Shown here: piece after piece, positions 37,996 to 51,553 of the stretch | Numbering within the stretch: position 1 is the first letter of the stretch | How the letters are laid out: each line of letters begins with the position of its first letter | NCBI GenBank assembly: GCA_035221665.1 | Contig: CM069159.1 | Location: forward strand, 32,302,001-32,366,000 | Direction: 5' to 3' | Source: Okamejei kenojei | Taxonomy: Eukaryota | DNA: 64,000 nucleotides | Translations under genes and position numbers: made by a program | The notes under the pieces: generated by a model | Databases searched by the model: none | Seen by the model: the letters and a program-made list of their open reading frames with translations, nothing else | What the model was told of the DNA's origin: nothing

Positions 37996-39631
37996 GTATG
38001 TAACAGGGGTGGTGAGTTCATTTACTCACTTTCAACTTTCAACTCTCCATCAGAAGGAGATGTGCGTTGGACATTCTCAGGATTTACTTTGACTTCGCAG
38101 CCATGCCTTAGCTTTGTCCCACTCTGTCATCTGCTAAAAATATCAAACATGGCTTCATAATTCCTTGGAACCGACTGCAAAAGTTCTCTAGGTTGACCTC
38201 AATCTTCCATCAGCTTCAACTCATCCTATGTTCTATTGCTACATTTCGGTGTACAAAATCCATCTCACAATGTGTTGTAAATCTCTTCACTACTTTACAC
38301 ACCTCTTTGTCTCTGACTTTTACCAATTCTTCCTCAATTTACTTACAGCTGATAGTCTAAATTTTGACTCTGCTTCACTTTAAACCCCTCAGACCCTACA
38401 CCATTTTTATTTCCTCGTCCTTCCTTAAAATTCACCTTTCTAGGTAATCTTTTGGTCATGCGCTCAAACTCTTCTTTAGCTTGGAATCCTGTTTATGTCT
38501 CTCTAAAGCATCTTGCAATGTCCCTCTATGCTTTTGATGCTGTACAAGTTGCCGTTGATATTTCAGAATTGGAAAGGAGCAGAATCATTAATCCTGGTGG
38601 GTGAATATAGTTAAGTGCTGAAAGGAACCCTTGTTCAAATATTAAAACAAAATTAAACGGAATAGGTTAATTAGAGAATATCCTACCTCCAAGGGAGAAG
38701 TGCTCATATTTAAATCTGTACATAGCTAAGAGCCTTGCATTTAAAATTAAAATAGTAACCTAATTATGATCTGCTCTAACAGTCTGTGAACGTTTTCAAT
38801 TGTTGAGATATCTATCGTTATGCACAGGTAGAAAGTTATCACCACCAGGTGAACCAGCAACCTTTGCACAACAATCACATTGTCAAATATCTTCTATTAT
38901 TTCCAATCTAGAACCTGCGCTGAGCATATAAAATCAAACGATGTTTTGTGTTCTACAATAATATATGGCACGTTACATACTGAAACATCGCTGTTGAAAT
39001 GAAACAGCATATCTATTATAGTTTATGACCCTGAGCAATGTTAGAGGAGATCAGATGATGTTAGGTAATAGTCCGAAGAAGAGATCAGTTTTATTGATAA
39101 CGTCATTACACTTTGAGGATTGCTGCGGGCTTTTCTGTTAGGATTCCTGTTCGGTGGCTTTTGGGCTCTTATTCTTCCAATAAATGCCTTTTATTTAAAT
39201 AATCAATTCCACGTTTTGATAACTAACAATAGTTTAGTCTTTGCTTGCTTCAGAAATACTGCCTTGCAAATGTGGCTCTTCAGGGCAAATCAGTCCATAG
39301 AGAAACAAAGGTTATTTGACAATATATAATCATAAATCAAGCTAAACCATACAAATAGATTAAATTGACAGATAACAATAATAAAATATATTATTCTTAC
39401 CATTAACTAACACTTCCCTGGGCATGCCAGATGCTGCCACTTAATGAACCTTAATAAACACACAACTCTATTTTAAAGAGTAAATGTCACTTCTAAAAAT
39501 AAAGTTAAACTAATTGTAGTTAGTGAAATTTTAAAACCTAAATTTAGCTATAGCCTATCTACTGGAATGTAGTATTACAGTATCTACCTTATGTAGATAT
39601 TTTTCAACATCAATATACACTTGTGTTGCAG

Positions 39632-39775
39632 GTATCTGGCTAACAGGTCTAAACGTCATTCTCTCGCAATGACCAATCCTACAGCTGAGGTTCCCCTAGA
39701 TTTGCAGAGGCAGCTGGGACAGCAGCAGGCAATCCGTTCACGGGCTTGGGTTCCTCACCCTGAGCAGCACAGCCG
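39632..39775 (+). CDS. SIK3: SIK3 exon (~15), probable cassette: YLANRSKRHSLAMTNPTAEVPLDLQRQLGQQQAIRSRAWVPHPEQHSR
   Basis: ttgcag/gtgagt, 144 nt, symmetric phase 2-2. Confidence 0.93.
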
Positions 39776-40419
39776 GTGAGTGGCTTTTGCACAGAAATCT
39801 GAGTCTATACCTCAGATATTAATATGGAACTACTGCTGGTTTCAGCATTCCAGACAAAGCAGATTAAGATTATTTGAGAGATCGCATGTGCCCCATTCAA
39901 ACTTGAAAAAAATATTTAGTTGTCCACATGCCTATCTTCAGAGAGTAGTCTGAAATACTAGAGAGTAGTTTATGAACAATACATGTTTCCAATCCAACTG
40001 AATCCTTTGGAGAGGCAGAGGTAGTACATCATTTAGCAAAGGATCCCAGAATATCCTTGACCATCACCAAGCAATCAGTTATGGAGCAGCAAACGTTGAG
40101 AATCTCTCAATTGCTTGTCCTTTGTGGCAGAGAATAGTGTAAAAGCTGGGAAAATATAGAAGAATACAAATAGCAGATTTAAGAAACTGGTTAATGTATC
40201 ATTACCAGTTGCATAATTTAAGCAGTGAACAATGTGTACATTTATTTCTTGTTGTTTCTTACACATTGTTCAGACTGGTAGCAGAAAGGGGAGATCAGAA
40301 GAAAACAAAGGGTTTGTAAGATTATACAATATACATTTATTATCTTACAAAGGAGTGGGGGGAGAAGGAGTGGAGACATTTTAAGAAGCGAGACAACTTT
40401 TAATAAGCCAGTGTGAAGT

Positions 40420-40835
40420 TTAGTGCGGGCATTTAACATTACTGGTCGGATCTCCTTGGTTCTGAAAACTCGTGCCTATGTTTTTTTTCCCGAATGCACC
40501 AGTGAAAATGCCCGGTCAGCAAAGGAGATTAACAAAAACTACCTAGGGCTACCTCGACTACCTACAACGACATGGCGACCCCACTACCACTGCACCTATG
40601 ACTACAAAAGTATCGATTTTCTCCATGGCGACCAATTTTTGAGGCAGCCATGGAGAATCTTTGAGGCCGCCATACTGAGGCCGCGACTAGTTCCCAGAAT
40701 GCGGGAACTCCTCTCGACGATGAAGGAGACTCACCAGAGACCACCAGAAAACATGTGGCGACCATGTGGCGATCATGAGGCGAGCGCAGAGTCTCCTGCA
40801 CTCGCCTAAAAAGTCGCCTAAGTGGGACATGCCCT
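40420..40835. mobile_element. PIF/Harbinger-like MITE, left end missing
   Basis: CpG-rich ggcgacc subrepeats; ends aagtgggacatgccct then tta. Confidence 0.6.
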
Positions 40836-41074
40836 TTAATTATCGAGAAAGCATCGACACAGTGCTTCAAATGGCCTCGTTTTGTGCTGAGATTCTAATG
40901 AAAATTACAAAATTAAATGTTGGTGAAAAAAGTCCATCTTGAAAAGCAGGGTGGGGTTGCAGGTAGAGGAAATATTTCCAAAACTAAATGGCAATTAATT
41001 AAATTTGAAAACATAATTCACCATATGATAATGATAAGGACTACACCTAAGAGCGTCATTGGTGTTAATTTCCA

Positions 41075-41733
41075 CAATCTTCATTGATGATACAACTGCT
41101 GATGGTAGTAGCTTAATGAATTCCTACCTGCTCAAGTTTAAACAAATGCTAAAAACTCATTGGCCGGCAGTTCATTCTACAGCAAGACAATGATCCCAAA
41201 CATACTGCTAAAGCAACAGAGGTGTTTTTCAAGGCTAATAAATGGCCAATTCCTGAGTGGCCAAGTCTGAAAATGATCTGAATCCAATCGAGCATGCCTT
41301 TTATATGCTGAAGAGAAAACTGAAGGGGACTAGCCCCCAAAACAAGCATAAGCTAAAGATGGCTGCAATACAGGCCTGGCAGAGCATCACCAGAGAAGAC
41401 ACCCAGCAACTGGTGATGTCCATGAATCGCAGACTTCAAGCAGTCATTGCATGCAAAGGATGTGCAACAAAATACTAAACATGACTACTTTCATTTACAT
41501 GACATTGCTATGTCCCAAACATTATGGTGCCCTGAAATAGGGGGACTATGTATAAACACTGCTGTAATTTCTACATGGTGAAACCAAAATGTATTAAAAT
41601 GGCCTTTATTAAAATCTGACAATGTGCACTTTAACCACATGTGATTTTTTTCTATTACAAATCTCAAATTATGGAGTACAGATGCAAATTAATAAATGAT
41701 AGGTCTTTGTCCCAAACATTATGGAGGGGACTG
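41075..41733 (+). mobile_element. Tc1 3' half, same family as 12071-13035, opposite orientation
   Basis: QQDNDPKHTA, DLNPIEHAF...IACKGCATKY, right IR/DR ending ggactg then TA. Confidence 0.92.
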
Positions 41734-42109
41734 TATGTTATTCAGAATTTGTCTTTGTACATGACAGCACTAATTGATCTTCCTTGTCTTTGTACACAGA
41801 GAGCCAGGGCACTTGAATTTGTCTTGAACACTGGCAATGCTGTAGACAGATCTGTGGATGCAGACATCAATGCCCAGTTTGCTGGGGGAAAGCATAGGAG
41901 AGAGTATTAGGAGGGGGGTAGGAGAGCGATTTATTTTACCAGTTGTCCACCTCTTTCCCCGTCCCGTCAATGATGAGCAATGGATAGTGCTTCCAAAAAG
42001 AGTTATAAAGGGAAATGGGGGATAGCATTCAATTATTATTTCTAGTGTAAGTTGTTAAATTCTTCTCTCTGATATATTTTGTTACCCAGCTCAGAGAGTT
42101 TAGTGACAT

Positions 42110-42880
42110 GCAGTGTTTAGAGTTCACACCGATCATCAGTTACATATTCACACTGGTTCCATGTTATCCCTCTTTCGAATCCACTTCCTATACATTTGGT
42201 ACAACTTACAGAGGCCAATTAACTTATAAACCCACAACGCTTTGGAATGCGAGACTTTAGTTTATTGTCAAGTGTACCATGAAACGTATAGTGAAAAGCT
42301 TTTGTTGCATGCTATCCAGTCAGCAGAATAACAAGGGTACACAAAAGGCTGGAGAAACTCAGCGGGTGCAGCAGCATCTAAGGAGCGAAGGAGATAGGCG
42401 ACGTTTCGGGTCGAGACCCTTCAGAATAACAATATATGATTACAATCGAGCCATTTACAGTGTATAGATACATGATAAAGGAATAAAGTTTAGTGCAAGG
42501 TAAAGCCAGCAAAGTCCGATCAAGGATAGTCCAAGGGTCACCAAAGAGGTAGATAGTAGTTCAGCACTGCCCTCTGGTTGTGTTGGGATGATTCAGTTGC
42601 CTGATAACAGCTGGGAAGAAACTGTCCCTGAATCTGGAGGTGTGCGTTTTCACACTTCTATACCTTGGCCTGATGGGAGAGGGGAGAAGAGGGAGTGGCC
42701 AGGGTTCAACTCGTCCTTGATTATGCTGCTGGCCTTGCCGTGGAAACCGGAGCAACTGGAAAAACCCACGCAGTCACAGGGAGAACATGCAAACTCCACA
42801 CGAACAGCACCCGAGGTCAGGATTAATCCCGGGTCTCCAGCGTGGGAGACAGCAGCTCTACCACCTGCGCCACTGCCGCT
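42110..42880 (-). mobile_element. Nest: HE1 SINE > Rex1 3' end (42255-42740) > Penelope pLTR (42335-42421)
   Basis: SINE halves on both sides; RFRDSFFPAVIRQLN Rex1 end; cagaataacaa duplicated at 42324-42334 and 42422-42432. Confidence 0.75.
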
Positions 42881-43849
42881 CTGTGGGGCTGTTTTGAAAC
42901 ACTTGATAATCGCATAATATGATACAAATCATAACCCTTGCAGCAATAGATGCTATATTTATATACTTACCTTATTTAGTTCACTTTTTTACCTCCACCT
43001 CACACACTGACTTCTCTATCCTTGGCTTTTAGGTTGATCTAATAATATTTAATATAAGTGTGAGGCAAAGGACCACATCTTTTGATGAATGTGTTACAGC
43101 TTACCTGAATCAACGCTGTCAAACAGCAGCTTCTAATGATTCCGCTACTTCCATGTAATACATCTCTGGATTCATTTTTGTGTTTTTACTTATTCTCTAA
43201 CCTCCCCTGTCGGTCTTTCACAAGCACCGCTTTTGTTATTTGTACTTTTCACTCTGTCAGACTTTCGCTTTCATTTCTTAATTTCTCTCCATCTTGCTTC
43301 GTCGCAAATATTTTTGAGTTTACGTTGAAAGTTCATTAATCTAATGTATTAATTGTTTCCCTTTTAATAGTTGTTGACTGATCCGCTGAATTTTCAACAC
43401 TTAGTTTTTAATTCGGTTTTCCAATATCTTGATATTTTAATGTATATAGTTTTGAGAATTTTTATCAGAGAATAATCAGTCTTTCCGTTAATCTTATAAT
43501 CTAATATTGGTTATTAATATTCCAATACAACAAAAATTTGCAGTCATTTAGTACTGTTGACATTATTAAAAGGTCAAGGGGTATTATCAAATTTGTCAGC
43601 TGCAGATATTGCTTAAAATGACATGAACATTGGTCAAAATAGTAGGTTTCTAAAGGAGGAGATACGTGCAAGGTGGAATGATTCAAAGAGAAAACTTCCA
43701 GACTTTAAGGGCCTTGGCAGTGAAAAGTTTGGCTGCCGGACATGGAGCGAGCGAAGTGACAAATCCGCAAGATACTGGAATTGGATACTTGGAATGATCT
43801 TGGTTGTTTGACTACTACAGAAATTGTGCACAAAGATAATAATCATTAA

Positions 43850-43990
43850 AGAAGATAGGCACAAAATGCTGGAGTAACTCAGCGGGTCAGGCAGCAACTC
43901 TGGAGAAGAGGAATAGGTGACGTTTCGGGTTGAGACCCTTCTTCAGACAGATCTTTGGTGTAAACCAACATCTGCAGTTCCTTCTTATAC
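43850..43990 (-). mobile_element. Penelope pLTR element with intact hammerhead core (43916-43949)
   Basis: Minus strand CTGAAGA-AGGGTCTCAACCC-GAAACGTC-ACC; ataataatcattaa duplicated at 43836-43849 and 43991-44004. Confidence 0.82.
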
Positions 43991-45064
43991 ATAATAATCA
44001 TTAACATTGATGATGATGTTTTCTACAGGCTAAGTGGTACACAGATGTCTAAACCCCATGTTCACAAGAAGTTCTATTGTTGTATCTTTATCTGAGGAGA
44101 ATGATATGCAAAAGAGTTTGCAAAATACTAGTACATGTTTATACAATATCATGCACAATTTTTAAAATACAAATGTAGCAAACTAAATTGGGCTTGACAT
44201 TTTTTATCTAAATCTTGGAATGTTATTTTGTATTTGGTGTGAGTCCTCATAACATTAATTTGTTATTCCATCAGATATAATGCAACAGAAAAACAGAACT
44301 AAAATCTGAAAGCACACATTTCATGTATTTTACAACTGATATTCACAAGAACTGCATGTTTGCTGCTACGTTGGATTTCTCTGTAATGGCGATAACTGAT
44401 GAGGGTATAGAAGCTGTTGATAGCAGCAAATTGTTAACTACTTTGGAATTCAGTGGCTATGCCAAGGCTCGGTGGTTCTTCTTATTGATTTAACAGAAAT
44501 GTCAGAGCAATCAAGTACTTAACTTTTGAACCAGGATATTAAAGCTCAGTAATCTTTGTTCATTTGTTAGAAAGCCTTGACCGTAATGTAGATTACATGA
44601 GTTTGTTTTTTAAATAAGGCTAGAATTTGTCACTTTTTAGTTGTTTATTTATAACCTGTACTATTGTCATGTTTCATTATTCATGATAACATCATAATAT
44701 TTAATTACCAAGTTGTTTTATTCAGTTTACCTTCAAATAATGCTAAAGACCTTCTGATTTTAAATGTGATTTTAGAGCAATATATCTGAAACAAATGTAC
44801 AGGAACTAAAACTCATTAAATTATCATTTAATATCAGCATTTTTCATAACACTAACTCATTAGCAATTTTTGTTAAATATTCTCGCAACATTAAATATAT
44901 TGCGATGGAGCACAGAGCATAGAATAATACTTAATAATCTGCTATTTGTCTTGTACAATTAAGTCAGAGCCCTGAATCCATTAATTTCAAAAGTAGTGTC
45001 ACATCAAGGCAACTCCTATAATAATGAGATATATTTAGCGGCCATGTGAAAGAACAAGACGTTG

Positions 45065-45895
45065 AATTGTACAGCAAGGGTACAGGTCCTTTGGCCCATG
45101 ATGTCTGTGTTGAACATGATGCCAAATTAAACTAATCCCTGCTGTCTGCACTTGCTCCACATCCCTCCGTTCCCTTCATATCCATGTGCCTTTCTAAAAG
45201 ACTCTTGAATGCCACTATCATATCTGCTTCCAGCACCACTCACAATAGTGTGTTCTAGGCACCTGTCAATCTCTGCATAAAAAAAACTTGCCCTGCACAT
45301 TTTTTTTAAAACATCTTTACTCTAACCTTAAACATATGCCCCCTAGCATTTGACATTTCCATCCTGGGATAAAAGATTCTGACTGTCTACCCATCTATGC
45401 CTCTTGTAATTTTACAAAGTTTTAACCAACTTACCAACATTTTTGTCCAAGTCCTTTATATATACCAAAAATAGCAAAGGTTTAGCACTGATCTCTGCAG
45501 AGCACTACCGGTCAAGGACATGCAGACAGACCCTTCCAACACTACGCTGTCTTCTATGGTGTAAGCCAGTTCGAAATCTAAACCACCAAGTCACAAGGGA
45601 TTCCATACATCTTAATCTTCTGCATCAACATACCATGAGTGACCTAGTAAAATACCTTAATAAAGTCCATGCAGACAACATCGATTGCCCTACCCTCATC
45701 AATCACCTTTCTCAATTCTGAAAAATAAATTGACCTAACCTGTACCTAACTATACTCACTGTCCCTAATTAGTCCATTCTCTTCCATACAGTAGGAAATC
45801 TTGTCCCTCAGAGCCTTTTCTAATAGCTTCCCCTACAATGATGTGAAATTCACCAGCCTATAATTTATTGGATTATGCCTATTTCCCTTCTTAAA
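45065..45895 (-). mobile_element. Degenerate CR1 fragments
   Basis: Reverse-complement CR1 tail and RT remnants. Confidence 0.65.
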
Positions 45896-46350
45896 AGTAG
45901 AGTGAGAGAATGTTTAGGCTATGGACATTATCTTCAATTGTAGAGTGCGTAAACTAGAATTAGCATTATTTGTAATTCTGAATTCATCTTTAATGCTGGT
46001 GCAAGTATAACATTATGAAATAATTGCTCTTTGAGGTGGTGCCATGCCTAACATCAAATACTAAGGTGCTGTTGGTACAGGTGCAGGTGGAATTCAATTT
46101 TTACCAAAATTGTTCTTTTGGCAAATCTAATGGGGGTATGATGACTAAATTGATATTTACATAAAACAACCAATCAAAACAATTTCTTACGGTAGAAAAT
46201 GAATAGAACATTTTTAGTGCGTTATGGGTAAATTCACCAATTTGCTCACAGGGAGGCTGGGAAGTAGAAATATTTATTGTAGGACCATAGAGTATGGATC
46301 GGCAAATTTACCCACTATGATATATTTTCTATATTTTGTCTGTTTTGCAG

Positions 46351-46513
46351 TGTTTGCTACAAAGACCCCAACACCCTGCACCTTCCAACAGAAAGATTCT
46401 CTCCAGTTCGCCGTTTCTCAGATGGCGCTGCTACCATACAGGCATTCAAGGCTCATCTGGAGAAAATGGAGAAAAGCACAAATACAAACAGTAGTATAAA
46501 GCAGCTGCAGCAG
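46351..46513 (+). CDS. SIK3: SIK3 exon (~16): VCYKDPNTLHLPTERFSPVRRFSDGAATIQAFKAHLEKMEKSTNTNSSIKQLQQ (PKA site RRFS)
   Basis: tttgcag/gtaggc, 163 nt, phase 2-0. Confidence 0.96.
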
Positions 46514-46568
46514 GTAGGCAATTCAACAGCACTGATTAGAAAACATCAGGGAGGCAAGGGTAGAGTAA

Positions 46569-46773
46569 AGGGCCTGTCCCACTTGGGCATTATTTGCGAG
46601 TCATTTACGCGTCACGATGCACGATGCACGGCGTGCATTTACGTGCGCATGGTACGTGGTGGCGTAGGCAGTGATGCGCGGTAGCGCGTGACGTCCCAGG
46701 ATTTTGGGGATTCTCAAAATCATCGCGCGCCACCTGCGTGACGCGCAAATGATGGCCAAGTGGGACAGGCCCT
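46569..46773. mobile_element. Complete PIF/Harbinger-like MITE
   Basis: TIR agggcctgtcccacttgg / ccaagtgggacaggccct; flanks taa/caa; extended internal palindrome. Confidence 0.8.
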
Positions 46774-47295
46774 CAAAGGTTACTCAAGGCTGGGAAGTAA
46801 TTTCGTTGATCTTATTTATTACCAGTGATGGCATGGAATCACAGAGTCAGAGTCGTGCAGCACAGAAACGTGTCCTTTGGTCCATGCCGTCCTTTTTGCC
46901 TTCAACACTAATCTCATTTGCCTGTATTAGATCTTTCTTTGCCTTGCTTATTTAAGTGCCTGTCTCAATGCCTCTTGAACATAGCAATTATATCTGATGT
47001 AACCAACTCTTCTAGCAACACATTCCTAATATCAACCACAAATTAAATCAACTTTCTCCACATATACCCTTTAAAGTTCTTTCCTCGCACCTTAAACCTA
47101 TCCATTTTGTTTTTGAAACCTGTACAATGGGAAAAGGTTTTGAAAGCCTACCCTATGTACTCATCTCATAATTGTACGTAGTTATATAAGGTCACCCCTC
47201 AGCCTCCTTTGCTCCAAGGAAAACAGGGCCAGCCTATCCAATCTTTCCCCATATCTAAAGTTCTCCAATTCAGGCAGCATCCTGTGGAATCTCGA

Positions 47296-48135
47296 GATAA
47301 AGAGACTGTAGATGCTAGAATCTGGAGCACAAAATAACTGCTGGAGGAACTCAGCAGGCCAGGCAGCATCTGTGGAGAAGAAACAGTTGGTGTTTTGGGT
47401 CAAGACCCCGGATCAGGACTGCGAATGTAAAGGGGGAGATGGCTAGAATGGAAATGTGAGGTGATAGTTAGAACTGGATGTGGGAAGGGGAGGATGGAAG
47501 ATGATGGCTGGAGACAAAACAGCTCACAGATTCTGGAATCTGATAAGAAAGGAAGTTGATGAATAGAACCAGATAAGGGAGTGCTGATGGGCATTGAACC
47601 AGTGAGGGAGGGGAAAGAAATGTAATAATGGAGGGCTGGGAGGTGTAGTTTGGAAAGAAGAAAACTTGGGTGGGTCAGAAAGAGAAATAAATCAACATGG
47701 ATTGTGCGGGTTAGCAAAAATTGAAAAATTCAATGTTCATTCCATTGTTGTAAATTAGCCAGTAGGAAAATGAGGTACTGTTCTTCTAGTTTGCCATGGA
47801 GAGGTCAGACTGTTGGTGTTAGAATGCAGAGTAGAAATGGCATGCAGGTGCTCAGCAAGGCAATCATCTAGTCTACGTTTGGTCTCGCTGATTAACTGAA
47901 GGACACATTGCAAGCACAAATTGTAAAAGACCAGGTAGGAAGAGATTCTCTGCCTCACCTGGAAGGGCTGTGGTTGGTTGATGCTCATGGAGGAGGTGTA
48001 AGGATAGGTGCTGCACCTCCTGTGGTTGCAGGGGAAAGTGCCAAGAGATGAAGATTTATGGGTACGGAGTGATTGTGGAACAAGGGAATCACAAGGAGAA
48101 TGATCCCTGTGAAAATCAGAAAGCGATGGTAGACA
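47296..48135 (-). mobile_element. Older Penelope-like element (pLTR plus GIY-YIG remnant) within CR1 debris (~46850-48580)
   Basis: GTFPCNHRRCSTYP and ISETKRRLDDCLAEHL in ORF 47755..48198. Confidence 0.75.
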
Positions 48136-49629
48136 AGCAGAGTTCCTCCAACAGTTTGATTTTGATTTTTGCACCTGATAAATTTTCTCTGCACACAATA
48201 CTTCATTGCAGTCTAACTAGATTTTTTTTTAAAGTTACAACATTATGTCCTCAATCTTGTATTCTGTGCCTTTGCCTGTGAATACAGCTTGCCATATGCT
48301 TTCTTCACCATTTCACCATCCAGCATTATTGCTACGTTTAGAGAACAGTGGACTTGAACCCCAAGGTCCCCTTTGTTCATTAAGATTCCTTACTTCCCTA
48401 CCATTTACTGTATTTGTCCTACCCGTTTGATTTCCCACTGCACCCTGCACTTGTCGGGATTAATTTCCATCTGCCATAATTTCATCTGACTTTCCACCTG
48501 ATCTATATCTTGCAGTGTAACCCCAGATAACCTTACTCACAATCCACAACACCACCAATATTCATGTCACCTGCAATCCAAAATCCCAATGAAAGCCCCC
48601 AGAGCATTAAAATTTTACTCCAGCATTACTCACAAGCCTTATGATGCACATGAATGCCCCAGAGAAGGAATGTCCTGAGCGGGGCGCTGACAAGTATTTA
48701 TGATGAATATTGTCCACCTAAACAGATGGGCACCCAACTATTTTATCCACCATGCTATCCAGGCTGAGGAATTTATTACTCTTCTAGATAAACTCGATAA
48801 AGGAGAAGAATTTCATTTTCTAAAAAAAAAACTCTTTACCAGTTTCACAAAGAAAATACTCAAAATGGGATTAATCTTCTTGGGATAGCTATGGTGGGTA
48901 TGGTTCCTTTGGTTTAAAGGTGGAGAATGTGCAGTTAGCTTGATTCTTCATCATTACTGTAATTGAATCTTTGTAAGGAAACAGGATTTAACTATCCTGT
49001 GGATATGATGGATATCAAGTACACATCTAATCTATTGTCTCTCAACAATTTTGAAATGTTATGTGATGAATTAAAAATGGAAAATATGCTGTTTAAACCA
49101 AGAATCATGGCTAATTTTGTTTTCATAATCCATGATCTGGGCATTACTGGTGAGAGCAGCATTTATTGCCCATCATTTGTTTCCCTTTGAGAAATTGATG
49201 CACATTATATAGCAAAAATATAAGCAAGACCTAAACTACAATTAGGGAATTTAAAAAAATCTGAATATTGAAGGTCTTTAGTATAGTTTACCCTTGGTCA
49301 CTAAGCAAAAAATGTGCACATTGCATTGGAAGTAAACATTTGCCATAAATGTTATGTGATGCAGGTGTTAGATGATGAGTGTTGTCTTCCAAAACTGAAA
49401 ATCAGAATGTACAACGTTAACCTGCTCACTGCCAGGTTTGTTTTTCACTATTGGCCATGACCCAAGTATACTCGGTGGTGGCACTGAACAGGTTAGCCTT
49501 GTCCTACAAATCTAATGATATCTGTATTTTGATTGATAATATAACTATTTTAATTGATCTTGATTTGATTACTACAGAGTTCAAAATCTTGTCTCCAAGT
49601 GACCAATACTAAGCTCTTTTCATGTTTAG

Positions 49630-49755
49630 GAATGTGAACATTTGCAAAAGATGTATGGGAATGCAATGGATGAACAAATATTTGAGAAGACACAACAACA
49701 ACACATACTTTACCAACAAGAACAGCAACAACAAATCCGACACCAGCAGATTCAG
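49630..49755 (+). CDS. SIK3: SIK3 exon (~17): ECEHLQKMYGNAMDEQIFEKTQQQHILYQQEQQQQIRHQQIQ
   Basis: gtttag/gtagat, 126 nt. Confidence 0.94.
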
Positions 49756-50107
49756 GTAGATGATGATTTAAAATGTTCCTTGTGCTGTGAGTACTATTGA
49801 ACTGGATGATTTTAATTCAGACTATCAGGCTTTAAAGAGACTACACCTGAAAACTTTGAACATTACGTCTTGTTGAACGACAGCAACAGTTTGTGAGAAT
49901 ATGAAGATTTATGCTACATGGATAGTTTGTAGGGTTCAGTGGAAGAAAATATGACCCAGTCTCTTCAAAAGCCTTTTTATTTTAGTCTTCCAGGCATGTC
50001 AAAAGCAGGATATTTGGGTTATGGAAAATTAAATTGCGACCATTTTAGTCCCAGGTAGGAATTACTAGTTTAATTTTCTATTACTGTTAATTTATTTTCC
50101 CCTACAG

Positions 50108-50208
50108 GAATGTATTCGGCCTGCTCAGCCTTCACCTCCATTGTCAACAGCATCGTTGGTACAACATGTGGAAAACCAGCCAGCATTAATCACTCACCAG
50201 CTCCAAAG
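50108..50208 (+). CDS. SIK3: SIK3 exon (~18): ECIRPAQPSPPLSTASLVQHVENQPALITHQLQR
   Basis: ctacag/gtgagc, 101 nt, phase 0-2. Confidence 0.92.
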
Positions 50209-51157
50209 GTGAGCACTCCAAGCAATTTCTTAGTGGTTTGATCACATATATAATAGTCCTCTTTTTTAATCTTGTATCTATTGTATATTAATAATTTTAT
50301 TAATATTGTGTATTTAATTGACTGTCACCTGTGATTCTTTTGATTAATTCAAGTCTCATACCAGCTTCTCAGCATGTGGCTGATAGACTAGATATTAGGC
50401 CTCAATTTGTTCAAGTGAATATTAACGGTCCAATGTGCAAAGAAGGTCATGCAGTTCTCCCAGTGTCCAGGACATTTCTTTGAAAATAATGTTAACAAAT
50501 CATTGTTCACAGAGGGATAATGATTTTTTTTATAATATTATGGTGCGTGAATGATTTAAAATATTTTGATGAAGAATAAACTGCAATGTAAGTTGGAATG
50601 GTTGAGCTTACATGGTAAATGACTTATGGAACAATGCATCATTAAGGCAGTATAGGGTTTGTTTTTTTACACTAGAAAGAATGGCACCGCTGTTATTAAT
50701 CATGGAATTAGTTTGAAAGTACCAAATTTAGAATATGCTGTAACATTCTAAAACAGATTTTAAAGATGTGTCAAGTTTAATTAATTGTCTTAATAAATAA
50801 TTTTTTTAAGTACATCTTAGACTATTAATTGGAATATAGCCAATGCTCTCAGAAATATAACATCTGAAGGATTTGTGAAAGTATGTTTATAAGCTTACCT
50901 CCAACAACACCGAGCACTGTCTGACAAAACCAGATCTAAAATCTATTATATAAAGCATGAGCCTTAAGCTAAACATATTGCATGGGTTCATTAAATCCAG
51001 TTTATTTTGGGTGCGATATGTTTTTATTAATTAGGTTAATTGGGTGTCTCACCAGTTCAGATAAAGCAGCATTTAAGAATTATGTGAGAAAGGTTGATGA
51101 ACTGAAACTACCTGTGCCTGTCTCCGAGCAATATATTTTTAAAATTACTCTTGGCAG

Positions 51158-51273
51158 GTTACGAATTCAGCATGAACAGTCAAGCCCCCCTCCGAACCAT
51201 CCCAACAACCATCTCTTTAACAAGTCTAATAACAGTCCTCCACCGGGCACTACAGCCATCATGCAGTCCAGCA
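51158..51273 (+). CDS. SIK3: SIK3 exon (~19): LRIQHEQSSPPPNHPNNHLFNKSNNSPPPGTTAIMQSS
   Basis: tggcag/gtaagt, 116 nt, phase 2-1; SSPPPNHPNNHLF motif. Confidence 0.94.
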
Positions 51274-51553
51274 GTAAGTATGAGCCAATGTCAATTTTAG
51301 AGACTAGGTTCGCTAGACTAAACATCTTTCTGTACTGTATTTTTAATTTGATTGATAGATTTTTTTTGGCCTCAACTATTTCAGTGAGGCGATTCCAAGA
51401 TGAATGATTTTTGGAACTGTTCACTCTTAATAGTATACTCAGACCTCTATACTTCAGGACACCATTGATTGGCCATCTGCTTGATTGATTAATGGGAGAT
51501 AAATCTTTCATTGGCGAACCAAGATCATACCCTGGACTAGGTATTGATTAGAC

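Noticed and set aside
44396-44415. ctgatgagggtatagaag as a hammerhead core
   Set aside because: No stem II, and GAAG instead of GAAA.
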